From positions 1 to 46,610 of IMG/VR virus record IMGVR_UViG_3300034993_000035: a stretch of DNA of 46,610 nucleotides. One strand, written 5' to 3'. The position numbers and the translations under genes were made by a program. The DNA comes from a virus (lineage: Duplodnaviria > Caudoviricetes). Below are positions 34,116 through 43,439 of this stretch, in pieces. The notes beneath the pieces are model-generated. The model did not search any database and was not told the DNA's origin. It saw nothing but the letters and a program-made list of their open reading frames with translations. The first letter of the stretch is position 1, and the number at the start of each line of letters is the position of its first letter.

Positions 34116-34705
34116 CGCCGCGCCTTCCGCACCTGTACGCCGCCCTTCATGCCGTTAATGAACCCCTGCGGCCCGCCCACCGAGTACTCAATCGCCATTG
34201 TCACGAAGTCAATCGCCAAGGTGTTTGTGCTGTCCGTGCTCCACAGCGCCGCGCAGAACCCGTTTGCATTCACGATGGCCGGCGTCAGTGTCGCGCTCCA
34301 GACATCCGAGACGCCGCCGTTCGTGCTGATGACCTTCGTTGTGTTGTTGACCGTCACCGCGCTCTTGGCCGCTCCGATGAGCGTTGGCGTCGTGTCAGAG
34401 CACAACTGCGGAATATAATTGCTAGACCCTGTGCCCGTCTCGCTGGCCTCGACTCGCACTGTAATTCCCGCCACGGTCGCCGCGGCTGGGATGTCGAAAT
34501 CGAATGCCGCAATCAGGTAATCGCACGGCACCACACACGTGGTATCCGTCGCGTTGTCGCTCACGATGTTGCCGGGATTAATCCACGCGGTGGAGCCTGC
34601 CCGGTCCACGCTCGTGCCCGCGCCGGGGAACGTGTTCCCAGTCGCGTCGGCCAGGAGCGTGACCGCGAGTGCCAGCCAGATCGCCATCGTGGCGGTCCGC
34701 CTCAC
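34112..34705 (-). CDS. Exported beta-sandwich protein in the tail-fibre locus
   Basis: Signal peptide; AWINPGN...FDFDIPA.ATV.GI.V.VE...GG.SD.W..TLTPA.VN..GF. Confidence 0.7.
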   Translation of the reverse strand: MRRTATMAIWLALAVTLLADATGNTFPGAGTSVDRAGSTAWINPGNIVSDNATDTTCVVPCDYLIAAFDFDIPAAATVAGITVRVEASETGTGSSNYIPQLCSDTTPTLIGAAKSAVTVNNTTKVISTNGGVSDVWSATLTPAIVNANGFCAALWSTDSTNTLAIDFVTMAIEYSVGGPQGFINGMKGGVQVRKARR

Positions 34706-36403
34706 CTATCCACCGATGGTCACCGCGCGCCGATACGTGAACTCGATCCAGATGAACTGCACATCCTGATCGAGCGTGTCGCCGGCCGTGTCGGTGTCTC
34801 TGAGAACCTTGAAGTAGAACGTCTCACCAGCCGCGCAGCCGGTCGTCGTGAGCGCTTGGCTGACCGTGTGATTGTGCTGCAGCGTTGTGCCGAGGTTGGT
34901 GTCGGCCGTGAACGCATCAGCCGCGTTGAACGAGATCGCCGTAGACGCCGCGCCCGCTTCGAGGCAGCCGGTCTGCACGAGCCACACCACATCGTTCGCG
35001 GTCGTGGAGATCGCGCGCCAGTTGATCCGCGCGTGGAGACCACCGCTGGCGGTCCAGTCCGAGGGCAGCGGAAAGTTGTGATGCCACTCGGTCAGCGCCC
35101 CGCCGGTTGGAAACGTGACCGTGCCGTAGGCCGGGTCGCCCGAGGCCGCCGCCGTCGATTCGCACACCGCCGCCGCGCCAAGCGTCGTCGGCAGGTTGCC
35201 GCCGCCTGAGGCTGTCGCGTTCTGACAGACGGCCGCGTGGAACACCATCTTGAACGGGAGTGCGAGCGTGCCGGATGTCGGCGTGCCGAGCGCCCCGCCG
35301 TTGACCACGAAGGCCCCAGCCGAGCCCACATTCACGCCGAGCGCCGTGAGCACGCCCGTGCCGGCCGCGAACCCCTCAAAGTTCCCGCCCGTGTCATCCC
35401 AGAACACCAGCGCATCGGCGCCAGGGTCCGTGAACTCCGGGACGCCCAGATCGGCCAGATCGACCCACTCGGCCGCTGTGGCGCCGGCATTCACGCGGAG
35501 CACCTGATCAGCCGTGCCTATAGCGAGCCGCGCCGCGGTGTTCGACCCGGTGCCCTGTACCAAGTCCCCGGCCGCATCCCAGATCGTGTCCGTCCCAACC
35601 GCGCCGCCGCCGCCCGCCCCGAGCGCCACGTTCGCGCCGTTGATCCGCGCCGTCAGTTCGTTGGCCGTCGAGTCGTACCAGAGATCGCCATTTGACGGCG
35701 TGCCTGGATCGCCAGCGATGGAGCCCACATTGAGGCCGGCGGCGTCGGCACCGGGGTTGAAGGTCTGCCGCGTGTTGTCGATAAACGTGATGACGCCGTT
35801 AGCCGTGACCGTGCCGAGTGTCGTCGTGCCGCCTGAGAGATTAGAGGTCGACGAGGTGATAAACGCGCCCGTGATCGTCATCGCGCCAGAGGCCACCAGC
35901 ACATCTGAGCCGTTCACGCCGAGCGTGAGATCCGTGCCCGGCGTCGCCGCTTCCCAGCCGATGACGGTGTTGTTCGACAGCCTGAGCGAGCCCGCATCGG
36001 CCGGGTCGGCCCCGAAGGCCAACGAGGTCGCCGTCGCCGCTCCAAGGACCGGCGCCACGAAGGTCAGCCCGGAGAGCGTGGAGGCCCATTCGGCTGCCGT
36101 CGCACCCGCATTCACGCGGAGGAGTTGATTGGCCGTGCCGACGGCGAGCCGAGCCGCCGTATTCGCGCCCGTTCCTTGCACGAGATCTCCGGCGGCGTCC
36201 CAGATCGAATCCGTCCCAACCGCGCCGGACCCACCGACGGCGCCACAGTCCCAGCGCCGCGTCGAGATGTTGTAGACAATGCCCTCGCCGTCGGCGCACG
36301 CGAGCGGGATATTCGGCGGGTAGATGACCGGCGTGACCTGCGCGGCCGCAGGCACCGCCAGCGCCGTCAGGAACAGCGTGAGCGCGAGAATGCGGCCCTT
36401 CAT
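34706..36403 (-). CDS. Tail-fibre-like protein with a signal peptide
   Basis: MKGRILALTLFLTALAVPAAA-Q; duplicated AAGDL..GTG.NTAARLA.GTA.Q.LRV...ATA.EW repeat; GDLWYDST. Confidence 0.75.
   Translation of the reverse strand: MKGRILALTLFLTALAVPAAAQVTPVIYPPNIPLACADGEGIVYNISTRRWDCGAVGGSGAVGTDSIWDAAGDLVQGTGANTAARLAVGTANQLLRVNAGATAAEWASTLSGLTFVAPVLGAATATSLAFGADPADAGSLRLSNNTVIGWEAATPGTDLTLGVNGSDVLVASGAMTITGAFITSSTSNLSGGTTTLGTVTANGVITFIDNTRQTFNPGADAAGLNVGSIAGDPGTPSNGDLWYDSTANELTARINGANVALGAGGGGAVGTDTIWDAAGDLVQGTGSNTAARLAIGTADQVLRVNAGATAAEWVDLADLGVPEFTDPGADALVFWDDTGGNFEGFAAGTGVLTALGVNVGSAGAFVVNGGALGTPTSGTLALPFKMVFHAAVCQNATASGGGNLPTTLGAAAVCESTAAASGDPAYGTVTFPTGGALTEWHHNFPLPSDWTASGGLHARINWRAISTTANDVVWLVQTGCLEAGAASTAISFNAADAFTADTNLGTTLQHNHTVSQALTTTGCAAGETFYFKVLRDTDTAGDTLDQDVQFIWIEFTYRRAVTIGG
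35465..36226. repeat. Intragenic 141-bp (47-aa) duplication, 35465-35605 and 36086-36226
   Basis: GAVGTD(S/T)IWDAAGDLVQGTG(A/S)NTAARLA(V/I)GTA(N/D)Q(L/V)LRVNAGATAAEW occurs twice. Confidence 0.9.
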
Positions 36404-36843
36404 TGCCGGACCCACACGGTGAGCACGCCGCTATTGGCATTGCCTGCGGCGGCGATGTTGAGATCCAGCTTGCGCGATCGGCTGTGCCAGATCGGGACCG
36501 CGAAGACCACCGATTCCACATTCGCTGTATCGCGATTCGCGCCCTGCCCCTGCAGCACGTCCACGCCCGCCGTATCGAGGAGCGTGACATCGTAATTGTC
36601 GTCCGGAGCCAGCGCGCCGCCGTCCGGATCGGTGTCCATCCGGATGATCTCGCCGTAGGGAAAGTCCAGCGGGTTGGTGTTGACGTTGCCGGAGCCATCA
36701 GCTAGCCACGTAAACACGCACCGCTGCACGGAGCCGTTCCGTTCCGGACACGTCAGCGTCACCGTGCCGACCGCCTGCAGCGAACTGGCCGCCGGTGCCA
36801 GAAGGGCCAGAAGTACCAGGAAGAATCCAAGTCGTCGCATCAT
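36400..36843 (-). CDS. Exported beta-sandwich protein, first gene of the signal-peptide cluster
   Basis: GGAGG RBS; MRRLGFFLVLLALLAPAASSLQA; APDDNYDVTLLD..GVDVL.G.GANRD. Confidence 0.75.
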   Translation of the reverse strand: MMRRLGFFLVLLALLAPAASSLQAVGTVTLTCPERNGSVQRCVFTWLADGSGNVNTNPLDFPYGEIIRMDTDPDGGALAPDDNYDVTLLDTAGVDVLQGQGANRDTANVESVVFAVPIWHSRSRKLDLNIAAAGNANSGVLTVWVRQ

Positions 36844-36893
36844 GGCGTTACAGTCCTCCGGCGTGTCTCACCCTAGCGCGAGATACACGCCCG

Positions 36894-37214
36894 CTAAATC
36901 TCAATCGGATCGGGGAACCCGCCGCCGCCCCCGTCCCCCTTCTTGCCGCCGAACTCAATGGCCGTGGGGGTCGCCACCGTGCCGCCGGTGACGAGAAACA
37001 CCACGGTGCCAACCGGGTAGTCCCCCGGATCAAAGTCGCCTTCCAGGACGGTCTCCACCTGTGTCCCGTCCGCCCCGTCGTCGCCGTCCGCTCCAGCCGA
37101 GCCATCGTCGCCGGCCGGGCCGACAAGCAGCGGCTGTAGATTGGCGTGGCCTCTGGCGACCGCTCCGCCGCGCACGAAGCGCCGACTGCCGACAATGCGG
37201 TTTCTGCCGGCCAT
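36894..37214 (-). CDS. Short collagen-like (Gly-X-Y) protein
   Basis: GPAGDDGSAGADGDDGADG; TAATG-coupled to the 2074-aa gene. Confidence 0.65.
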   Translation of the reverse strand: MAGRNRIVGSRRFVRGGAVARGHANLQPLLVGPAGDDGSAGADGDDGADGTQVETVLEGDFDPGDYPVGTVVFLVTGGTVATPTAIEFGGKKGDGGGGGFPDPIEI

Positions 37215-40200
37215 TACTGATCCCTCTTCGGCCCGAAGATAAGGGCCAGCGGGTTCTGCGTCCGGTCTTCGATGAGCGCCGCCACCCCTTCGGCCGTGCG
37301 CTGCGCCTGTGACGCCGGATACCGAAAGACCGTGCCGGCCACACTATTGAGCGACCGCGCCAGCGCCGCATCGATCTCGCCTTGTTCGACCTGCTGCGCC
37401 GCCCGCACGACGCTGACCAAGACCCGCGTGCCCGCCGGCCCTTCGTAGCCCCGGACCGCGGTATCGGCGTCCGTCAGCGCGCGCGCAATCGTGCTCACGT
37501 CCCGCACAACCGCCATCGTGCCCATCGCCGTACTCATGGACTCACCCGCAATGGCCCAAAACCATTCCTCTTCGTCGTCGGGCCACGCGCCCTTCAGGAT
37601 GGCCGCGAGCACCGTCGTGCCGATGGCCGGTGCGACGTAGACGAGCGACAGGTCCGAGAGCGCCTTAGCCACCGACGCCGGGCTCTGGTAGTCCGTCCGG
37701 CCGTGAATCCGGCGCGTCTGCTGAAAGACGAGGTTGGCGTAGGAGTAGAACGTCAGCCAGGCGCGCATCGCCGGCCCGCCGCGCTGGATCTCGGCCATGT
37801 CCTTGATCGACCCGCCGCCCTGCGAGTCGAGCACGAGCTGATCGGCCAGCCGGAACGCCTTCTCTTCGTCGATGGCTGCCGGTCCCTGCCGTCGCATCGC
37901 GTCCATCGCCTGCTCGTAGCCGGCCAGCCACGCCGGGATGTCCGCGAGGAGCTGCGCCTTGCCGATGTGCCACATGAACGAATCGCCGAGTTGTTCCTGT
38001 GTGACGGCATCGCCCGTGACTTGGAGCAGCAGCCGATTGAACCAGCCGCCTTCCTTGCGGAACGCCTCACGGAGATCGGACATCTCCTGATTGAGATTCG
38101 ATTCCCGCTGGCGCATGAACGCGGAGTTCGAGCGAATCCAGGCGAGGGTCGATTCCTGCGAGCCCGCATCCTTCCCGAACCGTGCCAGCCCTTTGAAGTA
38201 GTAGTGGTAGTCGCCGGCGCCGAGGACCGCCAGTGTATTAGCGTTGCCGAGGGGCTGCTGCGCGGCCGTCCAGGCGTTGTACCCCATCGCGGCAATCTGG
38301 CTGCCGGTCTTCATCCAATTGAACAGCTTGTCAGCCGAGGTCCGGGCCGGCACGTAGCCGTGCGCGATGTCTTTCACTGCACCCATGATCTGCGCGTAGA
38401 CCAGCGGGCCGTGAGACGCGCTGATCGCCTGCTCGACGACCTTTCCGTTGAGGAGCCGCGTGACGTCGATCAATGTCTCGTGGAAGGCGAGATCATGCAC
38501 CACCTGATCGACGTGCTGGCCGACCACGGTGAGTTCCAAGAGCAGCGGCATCGAGACCGTCTTCAGCCGCTCCTCGGTGTGGCCGCGCTCGGTCGTCATC
38601 CGGCCGTAGCCCGCCGTGGCCGTGAGTTTCCCATCGGCCGCGATGTCGAGCATCCCCGGCCGGGCCGCCAGTTTGGAGTCGTAGGCAATCGGGTAGTAGC
38701 CGCCGCGGAGCGTGCCGGACTTTGTGACGAGCGGCACGGCCGCCACCTTCTTCGGCTCAAGCCCGGTCAGCCGCTTTTCTTTCGCGGCAATCTCGGGCCA
38801 GAACGTCTCCAGGTAATCCCACGTCGCCTGCACGAACCGGGTATCGCGCTCGTCGAGCGTGGCCGCAATGGCTTCAAGTTCCACGGGCGTGTACTTCCGC
38901 TGCGGGTCCGTCTGCAACCGCGCGAGGTTGTCGGCGTTGCCCATGTTGAGGACAATCGCGATCCGGGCCTCTTTCGTCAGACTGAAGGTGGTGCCGGGAA
39001 TCTCCCGCGCGATAGAGAACTCGGCCCGCTCGCTCCGCGTGTAGTGCGCGTCAAGAATGGCCGTGTAGGCCTTGGCTTCCTTGGTGTTCCGGTCCCGCTT
39101 CCAGTCGTCAGCTTCGTTCAGCGGCCGGCCGACGAGTTCCCACACCTTACCGCCCGTCTCCGACCCGTCCAGCTCGTGAATGAACTGGCTGAGCTTCGTG
39201 TGGGTCGCAAACCACGACGCGACGGAGATCCGCCGCTTGTCGGCGTCTGTGACTTCATGGACGCGGCCGCCCTTCGGCGGCGTCTTCGCGGCGATGTGAT
39301 CGGCGGTCTCCTGCCGCACCTCGTCCAGCACGGCCTTGTTGCCGATCTTGACGAAGCGATTCTCGATGTTAGCCGCGTGGACAATCTGCCGCAGGCCGTC
39401 CGTGATGCCCAGAAACTCCTCTGTCGAGAGCGTCTGATACGGGGTCGCCGGTGTGCCGAGCGCCGTCGGGAGATCCACCGGCAGCCCACGCGCACGCTGC
39501 GCAGCGGCCCACTTCTCAGGATCAGCGGCCCGAGCGGCGAGTTCCGTCTTCGTCATCGACACGAACGAGTACCGCTCCAGGATCGCCCGTGCCTGTTCGA
39601 TGAACGAGTCGCCAGCCAGCCCCAGCTTCGCCAGCTTCTTGGGCTTCGTGAGATCCCGCGCCTGCTTGGCCCGCTTCTGGATCTCGTCCTGCAACTGCAT
39701 CGACTGTCGGAACAGCGCGAGGTTGAGCAGTTCCCGATGCTTGGCCGAGACCGCCGCGTCGAAATCATTTTTGCCCGCCGCCTCCGTCGCTTCCTTGCTG
39801 GCCTTGCGGGCGGCGACCCAATACGTCTGTGGCGTGAGGTTTTGCACGATGGTCCGCGAGAGCCGATCAGCCGCTTGCCGCGCGAAGAACCCAAGATCAG
39901 GAATACCCGCCCGGAGCGTTGTCACCGGAGACCGCGCCTGCATCTTTCGCAGCGCCTTCAGTTCCTCATAAACAATCGTCTCGGCGTGGTCGTTGATGAT
40001 GGCCGCTCGGGCCTGCTCGTGGAGCGTGCCATCAAGCAACATCGACCCGTGCTCGGCCAGCATCCGCTCGTTCGTCAGCCGGACGACCTTCCGCGCCATC
40101 GGCTCGGCAGAAGCCAAGGCATTAAGCAGCGCATCGCCAGAGTCGAAGCCAAAGAGTTCCGCCGCCTCTGACGGTGTGAGCCCGCCCAGTTCCGTCGTCG

Positions 40201-43200
40201 TCAACCCCTTCGGCAGTTCCGACAACCGGCCCGGATAGTTGCTCTGAATCGTGTGCTTGCTGAGCGGGTTCGGCTTCGGGTCGCCGTCGGTCAGCGACAC
40301 CCCCGCAGGCGTCGTGCCGTCCTTGATGGCCGAGAGCGCGAGATAGACCGGCTCGGCGTAGACATCGGCCTGCACCTGCGCTTGCACTTCGGCCTTGCGC
40401 TCTTTCCATGCGGCCGTGTTCTCACGGCGCACGTCCTGCAACAGCCGCGTTTCCAGCGTCTCGACGGCCTGCTGGTGGGCCTTCGTAATCGTCGCCGTGT
40501 AGCGGTCGAACTGTTCCGGCGTGTAGCCCATGCCCTCGGGCGTCAGGAACATCGGGGAGAGATCGGCTTCTTGCGCGACTTGGGCAATGGCCTCATCCGT
40601 CGCCAGCATCCGGTCCACGATGGCGCGGACTTCCGGCGAGAACTCCACCGTGGTCCGGAGGTGCTTCACGAGCGCGAGCAGCCACGAGCGGAACCGCGCG
40701 AAGGCCCCGCGCAAGGCGACACTCGGCGCTTTGCCATCGCGGACGTACGACTCAAATGCCTCCGCGAACTTCTCATGAAATGGCGTCTTGGCTTCGGTGG
40801 AGAGCGAGCGCCAGTCTGATAGCGACCCCTCAAAACCGCTCCACTTGAGCAGCGCCGCGAAGTCGGTCAGCGTGCGCGCCTGCTCTGGTGTGTGCTTGGC
40901 AGCATCGATCGCCGCCACTTCCGCCGAGACATCGGCGAACACATCGAGGAATAGATGGGCCGATTCATGGATGACAGATGACAGATCCGCCTTCTCGAAC
41001 AGCACCATCGTTCGCTTGAGTGTGGCGTCATCGATGCGGAGCGCGGCGCGTTCGCCTTGCAGGAGAATGCTAGGATTCTTCGGATCGAACGTGCCCTGAT
41101 TGCCGATGGCTGACTTGACTTGCGACGGCGAGAACACTGCGACTGTGCCCGCTTCACCAGCAGTCGTAATCTTCGGGAAGATAATCCCGTCGTGACCCGC
41201 CTTTTTGGCTCGGGCGATCTCCTTGACCATCTCGCGGCTGTTGTAGAACTCCATCGACGAAATGAACGGGTTCTCGATCTTCAGGTAAACCGGATACACA
41301 ACGCTTCCAACTTCTGGAAACTCAATACCAAGTGATTCGTTTAGCATCTTGGCCGCAAACGCTTGGCCAGTCCGTTCCGAAAGTCCCACACCAGCAACAC
41401 TTGCTGAATGATTCGCGGTGTCAGGTGTCGTCGAGAAAAACAGCGCCTTTTCGCCGGCCACGCCGCGAGTCTCTCCGGCATGCGCAACATCGAACGTATC
41501 AAAGGATCGTGCCGTGCCGTGGTACATGACCTGAGGCTGACCCTGAGCATCAACGGCCTTACTTTCACCGAACCACAACTGAAACGCGGGCGTGAACGTC
41601 TGCGGCTTCGCTTTATCGCCCTGAAAGAACTGCGCGACACGCTGCGTCAGCGTCGGCTGCTTCGCCGCCGCCGCTTGTGCCGCCGTCTCCCGCGTCACCG
41701 CCAGCCCGTACCGCTGATACACCGCCATCGGGTCCAGACCGAACCGCTGCGCCAGCGTCGTGAAGCCCGCCTCGACGAGTTGCGCGTACTGCTCGGCCTC
41801 AGCCGGCTTAAACCGCCCGCCTTCGGTGAACTGCTGGAAGGCGTGCTCAAAGATGGGGCGCGGCTGCTCGCCTTCCGTCGCCGGTTCGTCCTTCGCGCCG
41901 AGTTCCGTCGCGACCGCTTCCTCTTCCTTCGCGTTGGCCACCCCAGGCGCGCGGCGGAACTCTTGATTGAGTTCGGCAAACTGGGGCGCGATATGCACCC
42001 GGTAACTGGCTTCTGGAATCTTCAGCGCCTCGCCGGTCTGCACAGCATCGGCGTACGCCTGCTGCGAACCCGTCACGGTCGCCGCCATCTCGGCCGGGTC
42101 GATACCCTTGCCTTGGAAAAACTCGGTCCACGTCGGCAGGTCCACGTAGACGCTAGCCTCGCCGGTCGCCGCCTTCAGCGCGTCAATCGCCACATGCGGC
42201 AGCGATTGCACGGTCGTGGACTCAGCGGCCACCTTGCCGGACTCGTCCATTGCCCGCGCCGCAATCCGTGCGCCGGAACTCATGAGCGCCGTCGCCGTGA
42301 CCGTGCTGACGAGAGTCGCCGCCGCTTGGCTCGGCCGCTCGGCCAGAAAGTCCGCGCCCGTCTTCTGCTGATTCGACGGCAGCGTCACCCAATCGCTCCA
42401 GTCCTGCAGGAGTGTGGCGACCTGTTCGCCGGGGATCTCCGTCGCGAGCTGCTGCCCGATCAGTTTGAAGAACGACGCGCCCTCTTTGACGCCCTTGAAC
42501 AACAGCCCGACCGGAATCCGTTCCGTGGCGACTTCGACCGCCGCGTGGAAGCCCGCATGGAGCGCCGCCGGCCCAGACCTGACGCCTTGCTCCCGCGCCC
42601 CCGCGTAGGCCGTACCGCCCGTCGTCACCCCCAGACCGGCCAGCACGCCCGCCGGCCCAAACGGCGCAAACTGCACGACCTGCCCGACCGACCGGATGCC
42701 GCCATAGACCGCCTGCTCGACCGGCCCGGCGCCCGTCATCGGGCCTTGCGTCAATTCCGCCTTGACGGCGGCTATCCGCTGGGCCCCGGTCGCAAACTCG
42801 GCCGCCGTCCCGAGCGGCGTCCGGGTCGCCTGAAAGCCAGGCAGCGTCCGCGCCGCAATCGCCTGAGTCGCCACGTCCAAGTTCTCAGCCGCGGCGCGCA
42901 CCGCGCCCCAGAAGCCCGCCCCGACATCCCACCAGGACGCGCCGAGCGCCCCGGCCGTGTTGCGACTGATGCGCGACAGGCTAGACAGGTGCTGCAGATC
43001 GCCCTTGACGGCCCCGACCGTGACCGCATCCTGACGGGTCAGCCACTCCGCCAGCTCGGCCGAATCCAGCAGCCACTTCCGCTGCTGGTCGCTCGGCATC
43101 GCCTGATAGGTCTCCCAGTTCCGCTGAATGACATCGGACGGCAGCCCGAGGATGCGCGACCGTTCCAGGATGTCGGCTGCCTGCTTCGGGTCGAGATCCG

Positions 43201-43438
43201 GCGCGAGGTTCAGCGTCGTCCGCAGCCGCGCGTCACGGCCGCGTCTGTCGTCCAGAATGTCCTGCAGGTACGGATTCGCCGGCGGCGGGACGGCCGGCGG
43301 CGGAGCCAGCGGCGCCGGTCCCTGCGGTTGGCGGCGCTTCTGCTCGCTCAGCAGGTCATCGAGATAGGGATTCCCTGAGGACGGTTGAAGCGGCTGCCCC
43401 GCCTGCTCAAGCGCGTCTTCGATGATGGGATTCGCCAT
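37214..43438 (-). CDS. Large internal virion / DNA-ejection polyvalent protein with ART-like and HExxH domains
   Basis: 2074 aa, mostly helical; F..WFG.SK.VD..G.P...YHGT...FFS...YPVYL.I.NP...G.DG.I...VF.P.QVKS..GN.GTFD; VIHESAH...HEKFA..FE.Y...GKAPS. Confidence 0.85.
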   Translation of the reverse strand: MANPIIEDALEQAGQPLQPSSGNPYLDDLLSEQKRRQPQGPAPLAPPPAVPPPANPYLQDILDDRRGRDARLRTTLNLAPDLDPKQAADILERSRILGLPSDVIQRNWETYQAMPSDQQRKWLLDSAELAEWLTRQDAVTVGAVKGDLQHLSSLSRISRNTAGALGASWWDVGAGFWGAVRAAAENLDVATQAIAARTLPGFQATRTPLGTAAEFATGAQRIAAVKAELTQGPMTGAGPVEQAVYGGIRSVGQVVQFAPFGPAGVLAGLGVTTGGTAYAGAREQGVRSGPAALHAGFHAAVEVATERIPVGLLFKGVKEGASFFKLIGQQLATEIPGEQVATLLQDWSDWVTLPSNQQKTGADFLAERPSQAAATLVSTVTATALMSSGARIAARAMDESGKVAAESTTVQSLPHVAIDALKAATGEASVYVDLPTWTEFFQGKGIDPAEMAATVTGSQQAYADAVQTGEALKIPEASYRVHIAPQFAELNQEFRRAPGVANAKEEEAVATELGAKDEPATEGEQPRPIFEHAFQQFTEGGRFKPAEAEQYAQLVEAGFTTLAQRFGLDPMAVYQRYGLAVTRETAAQAAAAKQPTLTQRVAQFFQGDKAKPQTFTPAFQLWFGESKAVDAQGQPQVMYHGTARSFDTFDVAHAGETRGVAGEKALFFSTTPDTANHSASVAGVGLSERTGQAFAAKMLNESLGIEFPEVGSVVYPVYLKIENPFISSMEFYNSREMVKEIARAKKAGHDGIIFPKITTAGEAGTVAVFSPSQVKSAIGNQGTFDPKNPSILLQGERAALRIDDATLKRTMVLFEKADLSSVIHESAHLFLDVFADVSAEVAAIDAAKHTPEQARTLTDFAALLKWSGFEGSLSDWRSLSTEAKTPFHEKFAEAFESYVRDGKAPSVALRGAFARFRSWLLALVKHLRTTVEFSPEVRAIVDRMLATDEAIAQVAQEADLSPMFLTPEGMGYTPEQFDRYTATITKAHQQAVETLETRLLQDVRRENTAAWKERKAEVQAQVQADVYAEPVYLALSAIKDGTTPAGVSLTDGDPKPNPLSKHTIQSNYPGRLSELPKGLTTTELGGLTPSEAAELFGFDSGDALLNALASAEPMARKVVRLTNERMLAEHGSMLLDGTLHEQARAAIINDHAETIVYEELKALRKMQARSPVTTLRAGIPDLGFFARQAADRLSRTIVQNLTPQTYWVAARKASKEATEAAGKNDFDAAVSAKHRELLNLALFRQSMQLQDEIQKRAKQARDLTKPKKLAKLGLAGDSFIEQARAILERYSFVSMTKTELAARAADPEKWAAAQRARGLPVDLPTALGTPATPYQTLSTEEFLGITDGLRQIVHAANIENRFVKIGNKAVLDEVRQETADHIAAKTPPKGGRVHEVTDADKRRISVASWFATHTKLSQFIHELDGSETGGKVWELVGRPLNEADDWKRDRNTKEAKAYTAILDAHYTRSERAEFSIAREIPGTTFSLTKEARIAIVLNMGNADNLARLQTDPQRKYTPVELEAIAATLDERDTRFVQATWDYLETFWPEIAAKEKRLTGLEPKKVAAVPLVTKSGTLRGGYYPIAYDSKLAARPGMLDIAADGKLTATAGYGRMTTERGHTEERLKTVSMPLLLELTVVGQHVDQVVHDLAFHETLIDVTRLLNGKVVEQAISASHGPLVYAQIMGAVKDIAHGYVPARTSADKLFNWMKTGSQIAAMGYNAWTAAQQPLGNANTLAVLGAGDYHYYFKGLARFGKDAGSQESTLAWIRSNSAFMRQRESNLNQEMSDLREAFRKEGGWFNRLLLQVTGDAVTQEQLGDSFMWHIGKAQLLADIPAWLAGYEQAMDAMRRQGPAAIDEEKAFRLADQLVLDSQGGGSIKDMAEIQRGGPAMRAWLTFYSYANLVFQQTRRIHGRTDYQSPASVAKALSDLSLVYVAPAIGTTVLAAILKGAWPDDEEEWFWAIAGESMSTAMGTMAVVRDVSTIARALTDADTAVRGYEGPAGTRVLVSVVRAAQQVEQGEIDAALARSLNSVAGTVFRYPASQAQRTAEGVAALIEDRTQNPLALIFGPKRDQ

Positions 43439-43439
43439 G

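Noticed and set aside
37382-43378. Long plus-strand ORFs (929 aa and 656 aa; likewise 7337-9100 and many others)
   Set aside because: Antisense shadows of real high-GC genes: Arg-rich, no motifs, no RBS
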